Assembly: GCA_964016885.1 (NCBI GenBank)
Contig: OZ024742.1
Span: 125,612,001-125,676,000 of the forward strand
Source of the DNA: Eledone cirrhosa
Lineage: Eukaryota
Reading direction: 5' to 3'
DNA length: 64,000 bases
The position numbers and the translations under genes were made by a program. The notes under the pieces are model-generated. The model was not told where the DNA came from. It searched no databases and saw nothing but the letters and a program-made list of their open reading frames with translations. This document shows positions 1-13,919 of the stretch, in pieces. The stretch's first letter is position 1, and every line of letters starts with the position of its first letter.

Positions 1-1117
1 TTTGAAAGAATTGTGATGTGAGTTGTATTTCGTTTTGAAGCAGTTCGAAGTAGAGCCTATATAGGTTTCAGAAGAGTTGCTAGTTCTGACCGTGCATGAG
101 TAGATGATGTCCTTGATTAAGCAGTTTTTACCTAAAGGGCAGGTTCTATTAGATCTACAGTTACATTTATTTTGGATGTTAACCTGTCGGTTATTATGTT
201 GTGTAGAAGTCTGGTTGCTAGGTATTGCATTATGACTATGAAGGTTGTCGCTCCTAATGCTATTGATTTCATTAGTGTTATTACTATATTACTATTGATA
301 TCAGGGTTTGTAGTTATTACGTTGTTTTGAAAGTTTACCCCCTGCTGTGCTTTAGTTTGTTGAAAGTAAGTATTAATCTTTTTTTATTGCTACTAGCTAT
401 GTGGTATGCTATGTTAGGCGTGGTAGAGTAGGAGATTTTAATGGTGCTTTTATTTATAAGACTATGGTACTTGTGGCCAGATGGGAAGTTTTTATCCAGG
501 ATTGAGAAGAAAGCCTTGGGTAGGTAGAGATGTTTAGATTGAAAGGGGAGTTGAAAAATGTATTAGTTCTTCTATTTTGTTTTTTTTATATCTGTTGAGG
601 TGTTTCCGTTTATGGTATTTTGGTGTCTTCTCTGGTGCGAGTTACGTTTGTTGCTACCCTTCGTATTAGTGTGTGTTTGGTTATTACTCTTATTACTATT
701 TTTCATCATGGACATATTGTGAGAAATAATGTTGTAACTATGTGTTTTTATAGGTAGGAACTCAATCTCATTATTATGGCCTGATCTAGCTAATGCCTGA
801 TTATAGTATTGTGAGTTTTTGCTAAATATGGTTTCGTCATAAGATAGATTAGAGATTCTATTGGATATTCCTTTAGAGATAGAGTTTAATATTGATCTAG
901 GGTGGTTAGACTTGGTATCTACATAAATTAGTTTTTCGTTAGGTTTATGGAATGGTGTATATATTTTAGAGTCTAGGTAAAGGGTAGCATCAAGGAAGTT
1001 AACGTTTTTAGTGTTTTTGTCTATGGTGATACTTAGGTTATAGTTTTTGAAAGTTTTATGTAATAGTGTCCTAGTTCTTTCTATATTAAGCCTAGGTTTG
1101 GATGAAACAATTGTAAG
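1..1117 (-). pseudogene. Penelope-like element RT C-terminus/linker/GIY-YIG fragment (degenerate, runs off window start)
   Basis: Manual minus-strand translation gives KNVNFLDATLYLDSKIYTPFHKPNEKLIYVDTKSNHP (~1010-901), CNCRSNRTCPLGKNC (CxCx5C linker, ~165-121) and ETYIGSTSNCFKTKYNSHHNSFK (GIY-YIG, ~68-1). These are homologous to the PLE ORFs at 33-34.5 kb and 36-37.5 kb. Confidence 0.85.
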
Positions 1118-1193
1118 TGAATAAATGCTTTGAACATAGCTTTGATTCTTGTGAATTCTATATATATATATATATATATATTTATTTAGTTAT

Positions 1194-1405
1194 TAAAATA
1201 ACAGATTAAAGTTTAAGAAAAGAATCGCTGCTTTCACCCTTAACTGGATTTTCAGAAGATCCCGTAAAGGGTGAGAGCAGCGATTCTCTGCTTAAACTTT
1301 AATCTGTTATTTTTATAAATATTTGCTCTACGGTTCTTATATATTTGATATATATTTATCCTTATCGAGCCCTCTTTGGATTTTAGTCTTCAAATTTATT
1401 ATTAT
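1194..1405 (+). mobile_element. Short fold-back element (PLE pLTR-like) between (TA)n tracts
   Basis: Arms ~1194-1240 and ~1268-1313 are reverse complements. A second copy of the same sequence lies at ~26527-26594. Confidence 0.7.
1250..1298 (+). ncRNA. Hammerhead-like motif, CAGAAGA core variant (this copy has GAAA>GAGA)
   Basis: TTT-CAGAAGA-TCCCGTAAAGGGT-GAGA-GCAG cgattct CTGC-TT-AAACT. The inverted left arm retains GAAA. Confidence 0.5.
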
Positions 1406-1407
1406 TA

Positions 1408-2796
<1,389 letters not shown>

Positions 2797-3348
2797 CTTA
2801 ACCATACCTGCTATTACTAAAAATATTCCGTAACACCTCCATGGTGCCGGGTTCGATTCCATTAAGCAGAACATGAAATATATTACGCACTCTGTCTGCG
2901 CTTCTTCAAACTCTATGCAACTGTCTGTTATCGAGAAACCTTTTTTACATTCATATGATGGTCTCTCTGAAGACATGAAACACTGAATTTTGTTCATGTT
3001 TTGCAAACTAGTTTCTGTTTATTTATATATATCTATATATAAAACCCTTTTTTCCCACTACAAGCCGAATATTACATAAAAGAGGGACATCCCCCAACTA
3101 TATAAACCTTAATCTAGTTAGAAAAATATAAAAACAATCTCTTCTCAACATATATTAATAACCTTAAATTACCATACTAATAATGAAAAGATATGCTGAT
3201 GAGAATAGGTACAAATATGCGATAATGAATGTGTCTAAAAACGTCCATAAGTATGTATATATATGTGAAAATGTATATAAATAAGTAAATATATATATAT
3301 GTTTGATGTGTATAGTTAGATGTAAGTGTATTCATGTATTAAAGTGCT

Positions 3349-3379
<31 letters not shown>

Positions 3380-3404
3380 GTATATGTATATATATGTATG
3401 TATG

Positions 3405-3447
<43 letters not shown>

Positions 3448-4402
3448 GTGTATATATATATATATATGTGTGTATGTATATATGTGTATGTGGATGTGTA
3501 TGTATGTGTATGTGTGTACACATGGACTAGAGTATGTATGTATATATGTGTGTGTCTATACGTGTGTATATAAAGATAAGTTGAGTATGAAAATGTATAC
3601 ACATGAGCGCGTATGTATGTACATGAATACATGTGTGTATATATATGTGTATGCATGTGTATATATATGTAAGTATGAATATGTGAATTGTGAGTATATG
3701 TATTTTGTAGAGGTGTGCAAATATATTTGTGTGAATGCGTGGGTGAAAGGATACGTACACTTGAAAGAAAAATTTAAGTCTGAATGTTAATTAAGTGCAA
3801 ACACAAAACCAACCACGCATATCTTTACTATCTCTAATCCTTCTATAGATTTAGAAAAATAACCAATAATATATTCTATAAAAAAATGTCAAAACAACAG
3901 ATGGGAATCTAATTACTCACTGCCACCAAGAATTCTCACTGCTATCGAAAAACCACTCCTTCAACTATTCTTCTAACAACTTCACCCCTCCCTCCTAATA
4001 TTCTCTATAAAAACTAAATAGGTCCTCAGTAATATTATTCTGATGAAATGACAGTAAATAATAACATTGAAATATTGAATGTCTGCATAACTAAAAGTTT
4101 GTAGATAGCTGTTTTAGGTTATGTAACTGTTATAGAAACACGTGTCAATAAATTCCTTTCAACTAAACTGTATCCATTCAAATCTTTCTATCTATATATA
4201 TATATATTCATAGATTCACAGTAGATATTTTGTTATAAAAGTTATAATTATAAATTATTCATATATCACTATGTCAGAATAAGAGCCAGATTTTTTAATA
4301 GTGTTTTCCAAATGCAATCATTGCATTTCTTATTTTGTTGTCTCGGCGTGATAATTCCTGTAGATTTTAGTTTAAAGTATTATTAATATTAACTATAAGT
4401 GA

Positions 4403-4535
4403 ACGCCGGTGTCTTAGTGGTTAGACTGTTGGATTCACAATCGTGAAGTTGTGATTTCGATTTGGTATCTCGGCGATACGTTATGTCCTTGTGTAAGACA
4501 CTTTATTTCACGATGCCCCTTCTGCCCGGAGTTGC
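4403..4535 (+). mobile_element. Old tRNA-derived SINE 5' part
   Basis: A-box-like tcttagtggttag, degenerate B-box ttcgatt, then gtccttgtgtaagacactttatttcacg (CORE-like). Confidence 0.55.
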
Positions 4536-4989
4536 AATCGATTGATAAATATTGGAAATTGGAAAGACTAATGGAAACATCGTTTCTTTGGTCCAATCTG
4601 ACGAGTTCCACTCCATTCGGTGAGCGGATGAGGACCGAGATCTTGCCGATTCAGATAAAAAATCATCTTATACTGGCAGAAGTATATCGTTGATAACTAT
4701 TATATCATATTTAGCATTTAGCAGAATTTAAGTATTGATCTGGCGCATCTGGAATATACCTTCCTAATATACTTTCTCTTTAATCAGAGGAAACGCCTGT
4801 TTCCATCGGTACATAGTAAACGAAAGGAAATGTGATATTGAATATAGTTTATATTTGACATTTAATATAGGATAAGGGTAAATAATCTCTGTAGTTCATT
4901 GCTCTCTATCTATTTGTAAATATATTTATTATTTTGTATATTTCTCTCATTCCCTATATAAAGCAATATGTGGGGTTATCGTTATAATC

Positions 4990-5402
4990 TCAGTGGAATT
5001 TGAACTCAGAAAGTAAAGGACCATATAGTCACGGCCCTTTGTGTTCTGAGTTCAATTCTCGCCGAGGTTAGCTTTGCCTTTCATACTTACGGGGTCGATA
5101 AAATAAAGTACCAGTAAGCACTGGGGTCGATTTAATCGACTTTCCTCTACCTAAAAATTGCTGGCCGTGTGCCTAAAATAGGCACAATTATTATAATATC
5201 GGTGGGATTTGAATTGAAACGTAAAGGTCCATAGAGTTACGGTCCTTTACGTTCTGATTTCAAATTCCGCTGAGGTTAGCTTTGACTTTCATCTTTAAAG
5301 GGGCGATAAAATAAAATACGAGTAACGTACTGGGGTCGATCTAACTGGCTTACACTCATCCCCCAAAATTGTTGGCCCTGTGTTTTAATCGGAAACCATT
5401 AT
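4990..5402 (+). mobile_element. Two 5'-truncated tRNA-SINE copies, each with an inverted (fold-back) 5' head
   Basis: Bodies (ttctgagttcaa..gccgagg..tttgcctttcat..ggggtcgataaaataaagtaccag) at ~5030-5195 and ~5237-5402. Each is preceded by a reverse-complement piece of itself (~4990-5022, ~5199-5231). Confidence 0.75.
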
Positions 5403-5559
5403 CTAGCCTGGGTGGATATGCTGAATATATTTTCTGAACAGCCTCATTTATCTGGATATGCAAAATTGCCTTCCATTTCTACGTAGGTTCTTTCATCTTT
5501 TGCATAACGATTGATGCTAACATACTGCCAGTTGATTATTAGGATTGAAGAACCTTATT

Positions 5560-5766
5560 TAAACTCTTAGCAAATCACTTCATTTCACGTTGCTCCAATA
5601 TAATCTGCTGAAAATGTGTACTATCACTAGCTGGGGGTGGTTAACCATGTGATGGACTGACGTCCTGTCCAAGAAAAGTCTTGTATTCTCAGTCACATAA
5701 CTCCACGAAATTGAGATAAGTAGTGACCAAATGAGCCTCCGGGCTCGGAACAAACTTTAGACTTTT
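5560..5766 (+). mobile_element. Old SINE 3' part (CORE/V-domain-like)
   Basis: cacttcatttcacgttgctcca...gatggactgacgtcctgtcca...atgagcctccgggctcg...actttagactttt resembles molluscan CORE/V SINE central and tail domains (from memory, not searched). Confidence 0.45.
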
Positions 5767-8131
5767 AAGTTAATATTTGACATATTTTAAATACCCCAAC
5801 TATTTCACTAATCAAGGTGATGTCTCAACAGTGTACAAGTTCGGGACATACTTTTATATTTATCCATGTACTGTTAAGTCTTTCTTTATTGTAGGCAGAT
5901 GACTCACAGGTTTGTATTCTGCGTGTTTTATGTTTACTCTTCGTCTTACTGGCACTTCCAAGAAGTGAGCCATTAGATTTGCAGCTATTTTGTTTGTGAC
6001 TGTTGAATATTTTAGTCAGAATTTACAGAGCTGTGTCATTTACGGCTGAGAGAAAGTTCCAGTTGTTCAAATTCTGAAGTATCTGGGCTGTTTCTTGAAT
6101 CATATTTTTTCTACTGTTCTTTTATTTTATACATTTAAGATTCTCTTCTGGGGTAATATATCCGCTATCAATACTCTCCGTCCCAAATCTACTTTTCCTC
6201 TTGTTGGTACTTACATTAAATTCTATTTTCTTTTTATTCATTTCTTTTTTAATAGTTTTTTATAAGATGGTTTGGACTTAGAGACAAACTCATTGTTTTC
6301 ATCAAAGAGATGTTATCGCTTTTGATTTAATAAGGATCTGTTGTCTTAGAGATTCTTTGATTTCGTTTACTTGTTTTAGATTATTTTATTTCACTAGTAT
6401 TTGTTTTCTACTCTTTTTTCATTTGTGTCTTCTAGTTGCCGATTTAATTAAAGATTCAGAAATCTTTTATTCTATTTTCTATCTAACGCTGTATATTTGT
6501 TTCTCTTTAGATGTTTCTATTTGAAACGATTTGAGGAGGAACCCATATTGTTGTGATTACTACGGCTACTTTAAAGGTTAGTCAAAATATCCTTGTCATG
6601 TTGCTGTCGCATGTGTTTCCAGTATGTCTATGGTAGCCAAATTTTCATTTTCTTATCATGTTATTATATTCATCACTAAATTTTATCTTTCACGGAGTCT
6701 TCCATTGGTTCACAGGAATATATTATATCGATTTTAATTCTTTAACTACTTCCATCTTTAGATTATTGTCAAATTTCCAGCTTAGATATTTTCTCTTAGA
6801 TCTTTCACAGTCACTTGTGTTGATGTTTCATTAGTGTTGTTCTGTTTTGTCTTTTTTTAGTTGATGTTCTCTAGGTAAGCTGCAGTTTGATTTCGTTGTA
6901 TTTTGCTATTTAGTTCGTCTGTTATTCATTATGTTAGTTCTCTCTCCGGATTCAATTCCTAAATGTTTAATACTAATGTTTGTACTTGTTCCGTAAGTAC
7001 TTTTGTAATTTGTTTATTTGTCTATTTTATTATCTTTATTCTTTGTATTTCCCTTGTTTTCTTTAACTGTACCTTATATATATATGGAGCCGTGTTTCGT
7101 TTTAAGTATATACCTCTCTGTTGGGATTCAAATTTACTTCTAAAACAGTACGATTCCTTTCTGCGTAGTATAATTGCTCACTATAACTTTCGTGTTAGAC
7201 TGTTGTTTTTGGACCTCCATCGTTTCCGACGGTGTGTGCTCCAGTTGATTCAATCAACGGAAATGCTGTTCATGAAATTAACATGTACGTTGCTGTGTAT
7301 ACCACAAATGCGTGCAACTTTAGCGTAGTTCTCCGGGAGATTCAGCATGGCACAAATTGTGACAATGCTGCTCCTTTGAATTACAGAACAACTCTTTTTG
7401 TGCCAATTGAGTGGACTTGGAGTAACTAAAAAATAAAGCGTCTTGCTCAAGGATTCAATGCGCAATCCGTTCAGGAAATCAAACGAACTTGTGATCTTAC
7501 GTTCGTTAGTTGCACACACTAAACACTAATTAACACGCTTTCACATACGAATTATTCATACAATAAATTAAAGTAAAAAAGATCATTTCTCTCAATTACA
7601 TTTATACCATTTGTATTATTCACGAGAGTTTAGCAGTAAAATCTGACCTTTATTCAATATTTGTTGTAAATATGTGTTACCATCTTTTGCTGATACTGCA
7701 TGTTGCAGGTTTCATTTTTACGTAATTTTTACACATTAAATTTAAAATAGCTATTTCTCTGTTAACATACTGTTTCTGTAGCTAATTAATTAATTTTACT
7801 TTTCTTCTCATTGTTTATAGTGTTCGACTTAGTAGTGCTCCGTTAATGTCATTATATATGACTGTGAGTCTGTGAATAGTTGGAATATTAGCAATACATA
7901 ACTTATATTAGGCAAACGGCAATGCAATTCAAATAACCAATGAATATTATAATTACCGATCTATCCTTCGGGATTATAGACAGTTGCCTTGATTTCCCCC
8001 CTATTTGTTTCACCGCTGTTATTGGATATATTTTGCAAACAGTATAATAGTAATGTTTGTTATTATTCCTTCCAGTGTAATCTTATATTATTTGATTTAT
8101 TTCTAACTTGCATTATTCTGCTCAGTGCTAC

Positions 8132-8176
<45 letters not shown>

Positions 8177-8392
8177 GGTGACCTACGTAGTAAATCGTAT
8201 TATCGTGAGCTCCGCAAAGGTTTGTTATTTTCAGTTATTTAAAATTGCCATTTATGGAAAATTTTTATTGTTAACTATATATAAGTGCACATACATTGAT
8301 TTCTGAAAAGGGCACTCAAAAATATTGGGGCCTTGAGCCCAAAATTTAAACTTTTTATAATTATCAAACAAAAATGTTTTCTTTGAAAAATA

Positions 8393-10300
8393 ATGGATGA
8401 CTCAGATTCACTCCTTCCTCACAATCCAACACCTCACACCGACACCAACATTGTAAACATTGCTACGTTTGCCAACACTGGAATTGTAAGCAGTAGCAAT
8501 ATTTTAAATTTGTCTCAGGCAGACGTTCATTTCCCGCCATTACCAATGACTGCAGGTGTTAAAGCCGCCACCACCACCAACACCACCACCGTGACAACAG
8601 AAAAAAAGAAAAAATAAATAAATTAACTCATGATATCGAAATGAAATCAACCAAAATGAACTATTCCATACCGAACACCACTGACGCCACCACCACCACA
8701 ACTGAAACTAAAATTAACAATAGCAAAAATAACGATAATAACAACAGCAACAATGAAATTAAGAAAACTACCCTGAGTTTTGCCAGAGTAGCAAAAACGT
8801 GCGAAGCGATTCAGGTAACTCAGGAAGAATTAGACGAAGCCAAGAGAATGGTATAGAAAGATGGGTACAGGGTCAGCCTCACCCCACACCTAATAAAATG
8901 GAGCAACGTCGCCTATGCACCGTGTCTTATCGGACAATAAACATAAAATCGCGCCGAGTGGAACGGGCATCTGAGTCCCAAATCCAAAAAGCTTTGGGAC
9001 ATGTGTGGGCAAAAAAAAACACATCAGACGTGGGCAGAAGTATGGAACCGTGGACGTGTTCTTTGAAATACCACAGGAGGTCAGAGAACACTCCATGGCC
9101 CCATTAAGAAGTGGCGACTTCACACTCATCCCAAGCTATTGTGGCCAGAGACTTGTGAAGATCAGGGTGACCCACGTTCCACCGGCCATCGAAATTCCCT
9201 GGCTAATGGCTGCCGTCCTCACCGGCATCGAGGCCAACACCAAAATAATAGAAATAGCAAAAGAAAAGCAGGAGAACTGGTCCAGATCTGGGATGGAGCT
9301 CCTGATCCAAGCGGACCATAAATGCATTGAAGAGATCCCAGAGGTAATAGATCTCACTGACGGCAGCCACCTTACCGTAATCGTCGAGGGCAGAAGACCT
9401 AGGTGTGTCGTTTGTGGTGAAGGAACCCACCTTATGGCTCTCTGCCCTCAGGCTAAAAGCTTGAGGCCACCTCTCTTACCCACCCCAGTGACTCAACCAT
9501 CAACACCACCAGCAGCAGAAATAGCAGCAACAACAGAAGCAACTGTAACAGCAACAACCCCAGCAACAGTAGCAAAACCAACACCACCACCACACAACTC
9601 CCCAGAACTAGCACCAGCGCCTACACCATCCACCACGCCACAACCAAAACCAACGCCTGTGGAGGATTTTCCACTCCCCGGCTTATCGCAACTGGAGACA
9701 GATTGTGACGACGAGGAGTGGGAAACGGTATCAGGGAAAAAGAAAAAATTCTCTTCCTTCCCCCTCAAAAAACAAAATACAGAGGGAAACAAATAAATTA
9801 TCGAACAAGAAAGTTAAGACAGATATGCCACCATCCACACCAGCATCACCAACCCCATCACTACAAACACCAATACCATCACCATCATTAACCACAACAC
9901 CACCATCACCAACACCACAAAAGTCACCAAAAAGCGTAACAGAAACAAACCCACAACAAACGCAAACAAAACAAAACAAACAAAACAAAACAACCAAAAC
10001 GATACACACTACACAGCATTACATTTGAACAACAACCAATTATTACACTACATGCAACACAACACCAGCATCACAGAAAAAGACTACACAACAACCCAAA
10101 AGTTCACACCACCTCCACACATACAAATCACTCGCATCACACAGAAAAGGTACACGACACTAAAACAAAAATTCCCCAAAGACATCGGAGACTTCCAACA
10201 AACACTCTCCATGAGGATTTATAAGGACATCCTTCCGGAGGAGGCCACAAGCAGGGAAAAGGATGGACCCACCATCCTTCCTCTACGAGAAGTAATGTAA
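8393..10300 (+). pseudogene. Tx1 ORF1 (gag-like, CCHC zinc knuckle), frameshifted
   Basis: ORF pieces 8393-8617, 8641-8856, 8799-9107, 9005-9796, 9705-10028 and 10025-10300. CVVCGEGTHLMALC is CX2CX4HX4C, followed by a Pro/Thr-rich tail. Homologous to 58535-60720. Confidence 0.8.
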
Positions 10301-10334
10301 GTGATCTTTCCCATCTTTTCCACTCCATTTCAAT

Positions 10335-13300
10335 ATGAACTCACTCAGAATAGGCAGCATAAATGCGCGTGGCTTGGGGTCGTCATGGAAGCAGGGCCAC
10401 CTGCTCAACGACCTCAGGTCACTAAACATAGATGTAGTGGCCATCAGCGAGACCAGAATCTCCGAAGCACGGGCCTTCGCACCGATCTTCGGCGGCTACG
10501 ATGTGTACGCATCTCCCAGTCGTCCTGGATCGGGGGAGGAGTTGCTGTGCTTTTTCGGAGAGATTTGGATCTCGTCATACGGGCCATCTTCATGGATCCA
10601 GAAGGTAAGTTGGTGGTGCTAGACGTGACCAGCGAAGACGGGCAAGCTTTCAGGCTAGTGGCGGTCTATGCCCCGACAGGAGCAGGGCGGCCTGATTTCT
10701 TCCGGCGTCTGGAGACCTTTCTTTAGTGTTAGTGGGCGACTGGAACGGGATCTTAGATGCACACTGGGACTGTGTGGGATTATCGGATAGGGGAGGTGGG
10801 TGCAAGAGCCTCACCAACCTGCTCAGGCGTTTTGAACTGTCTGACAGGTACCGATTGGATTTCCCGAATGTGCCAATGTGGACTTGGACAAATCGCATCA
10901 GGTCATCCAGATCATATCTAGATAGAGTATTTTGTAGAGAAATAGATAGGTCTAGCATAGGCTGTCCACAATTCAAGATAGTCAGCTACACGGACCACAA
11001 ATTCGTGATCTGTGTACTTGACTTAGATAGGCTTCATAGACGAGGACCCGGCTACTGGAAGCTAAACGCTTCCTTACCAGCGCGCAAGGCCTACAGAGAC
11101 CGGATTAGCGAACTAGTTAAGCGGGCGTTGACGGGGCCATCGTCAACAACAAGTGGTGGTTTGCTCTGAAAAGAGCAATTAGAATAGAGTCCATTAGGTT
11201 TAGTAAGGCTTTAGCAATAGAGAAAAATAGAGCAGAGGGAGAATTAGTTAGAAAATTAGACGAGGCGCTTAGCAAAGGCATCGCGACAGACGTGCTTACG
11301 GCGAAATTGGCTCTTGAACAATTCTTCAATGCAAAGCACGAAGGCTGCGTTGTCAAAGCTAGGGTGTGTACTCTCAGACACGAGGGGACGAAAGCCGTTC
11401 AATGGGCCCGAGTGGCGGAGGCGCATCGTGGCAACAAAGCCGCGATCCGGTCTTTGGTGGACCACGACGGGCGCATGCTACTCGATCCCGGGCAAATGTG
11501 TGAAGCTTTTCAGCGACACTTCGCTCAGTTGTTCGGGGGCAGCAGCGGGCCGGATTGAGGAATGGACATTAGTGTCTACCTCGACGGACTGGTTTGGATG
11601 GTCTGCCGTATGAACTTTACGTACAGATGCCAGACTTGTTCGGAGGCCTCTTGGCGGACGTCTACTGCAACTGGCAACAGAACGGGAGAATTCCCAGCTC
11701 TGTGAGCCGAGGAGCTGTGGCGCTGCTGAGAAAGGATCCGAACAAGGGGGATAACATAGATAATTTTAGGCCCATAACTCTGCTAAACACAGAGTTCAAG
11801 ATTTTGGCCAAGGTGCTAGCAAAGAGGTTGGCGCTTGTCGTTGGTGGTCTGGTGGGAGAGGCGCAGACATGCGCCATTCCCGACAGATCCATTCACGACA
11901 ACCTCCACCTCATTCGATACATCGTAGAGAGGGTAGCTAGGGAACCTGGCACGGGTGGGTCCTTGATCAATTTAGATCGGTCGAAAGCTTTCGATAGGGT
12001 CGACCATCGTTACCTAGCGGCAGTCCTGAGGGCGGCTGGCTTTGGGCCCGTCTTCAGAGGTTGGATCGCTGCCATGCACAGCGACATCTGCTCTGTGGTG
12101 AGAGTGAACGGTCACCTTTCGGAACCGTTCAACATCATGCGCTCGGTCCGCCAAGGATGTCCCCTCTCGTCCCTCTTGTATGTATTGACTCTCGAGCCAT
12201 TACTGCACAAACTGGAGACGTTGAGGGGGGTCCCGCGCGAACTAGGATGCGGAAGATCCGTGTCAGCATATGCGGACGATGTCACAGTAGTGGTGTCGAA
12301 CGCCAAACACATCGAGGCGATCGGCACTACACTAAGAGAATACGAAGCGGTGACAGGAGCAATGATCAACCAGGAAAAGTCAGTGGGCCTGCAGCTCGGC
12401 ACCTGGAGAGGCAGGTCCATGCCGTCCAACAGCGTCGTCGGGCGCTGGACGGATGGACCAGTTAAATTGCTCGGGGTCTCGTTCGGTCCGGCTCTCCAGA
12501 CGGACAAAAACTGGGACGAGGTGACCAGCAGGGTGGCATCTCTCACCCAGAAATGGGCTGAGAGGAAGCTATCCCTGAAAGGTCGAGCGGAGGTGGCTAA
12601 CGCGTACATCGCGTCCGTCATCTACTACCGCCTGACCGTCGTACCTTGTCCCAAGCTCCGCCTGACTGCGCTGGAGCGTTTGCTCTTTCGCTTTTTGTGG
12701 AAGGGACGCGCTCCGATGGTCAGGCGGTCCATCTGCTGTCAACACTCGCTACGTGGAGGGCTGGGAATGCCGTGGCTGATGATGCGCAGACACGCGCTCA
12801 GGCTACGACACCTCCACCTCTTCCTCGACGGTGATCAGGTGTGGTCTCGGTTTGCTAGACACGTCTTTCCCCAGCTCGTCTCCTTGACGGAGCTGCAGTC
12901 CTGGGTCAAGCGAAGACCCAGAGGGAGCGCTTGGAGACTGGAATGTCTTCAGGCGCTCCCAGCCCTCGACCAATCGGGCAATGTGATCGGTAGAAACACC
13001 ACCTTGGCGTTCTATAGAGGATTAGTGGAGGGGAAGAGCGATGACGTACTTGGGGAAACTCTAGGCGTCGACGGAAATCAACTAGGCAATCTCTTCGGAA
13101 GAACTTTCGGGCTGGGGCCTATGGACAACTTCCAGAAATCCCTGGCCTGGCAGTGCTACCGAGGAGCTTTGCCAGTTCGGGATAAACTCTACAGGCATGG
13201 AGGGGCCGTCAGCCGGGCATGTCCGAGATGCGCGCTGGGCGACGAAACCGTCCTCACGCACTCGTCCAGTGTCCGAGCATTGCTGACTTGTGGGTTTATG

Positions 13301-13635
13301 TCGAACACCTGCTGTCGCGTGTAGAACGGATCCAGCTATCAGCTGAGTCCATCGTGAGGATTTCCCCGCCCTCTTCCTTTAGCCGGGAAGGGCAGGCAGT
13401 TTTTATCTGTCTGGTGGCCATGGCGAAAGAGATAGTATCGTGGACACGTTTGAAAGGGCTGAAGACGAGCACTTACCTCTTCGGTGATGCCCTGATTAAC
13501 TTTTTCAAATTTCATTTGAAAAGGAAAATCAGGGTAGAAAGGGAAGTGCTCTCTTCCCAGCATTTTGTTGAAAGATGGGTGAGAGAAGCAAGAATGGCCC
13601 GAGTGAATGGGCCTTCTCTGAGTATGTGTCTGTAA
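10335..13635 (+). pseudogene. Tx1 ORF2: AP endonuclease + reverse transcriptase + C-terminal zinc finger, disrupted
   Basis: APE motifs SINARGL, ISET, GDWN, YLDRVF, TDHK. RT motifs NFRPITLLN, KAFDRVDH, VRQGCPLS, YADD. Zinc finger CPRC..DETV.H.LVQC. Several frameshifts, and a 100-bp deletion at ~11591 relative to 63822-63921. Confidence 0.92.
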
Positions 13636-13883
13636 ATTAAAGGTGGAAAACTGGGAGAGGACACTTGCCTTGGTGCTCAGGGTAACTGTGGCCTTTTACT
13701 GGGCTTTCTCCACAAATATCCCTCCGAAGTCTCCCTCCTATTGGGGAATTTTTCATTGTTATTTTTTGTTACATCCTCTGTTTTTGTTTTTTACACGCAG
13801 AAATGCCCATTTGTACCGTCCTGTATTGTCCTGCACTGTCCTTAATGTCTACTTTATGTAAACCCTTGTGCTTAATAAAGAAA

Positions 13884-13917
<34 letters not shown>

Positions 13918-13919
<2 letters not shown>

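Larger units (their letters stand above)
8178..13885 (+). mobile_element. Tx1-clade (L1-like) non-LTR retrotransposon, near full length (element A)
   Basis: Flanked by (TTA)n at 8133-8177 and (ATT)n at 13886-13917. It has a 5'UTR, gag-like ORF1, APE-RT-zinc-finger ORF2 and a 3'UTR ending cccttgtgcttaataaagaaatc. Confidence 0.9.

Noticed and set aside
2960-3016. ctgaaga-catgaa..ttcatg..gcaaactagtt as a hammerhead
   Set aside because: There is no GAAA directly after helix II and no helix I pairing.
5900-7120. Strand-biased stretch resembling a decayed minus-strand LINE ORF (VLIADILPR-like motif)
   Set aside because: Too degenerate to assign by eye. It would need a translated HMM search.
7147-7520. 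Minus-strand AKVARICGIHSNV..TG..GG, reminiscent of a Tc1/IS630 helix-turn-helix
   Set aside because: No TIRs, no DDE domain and frames are broken, so it is unsupported.
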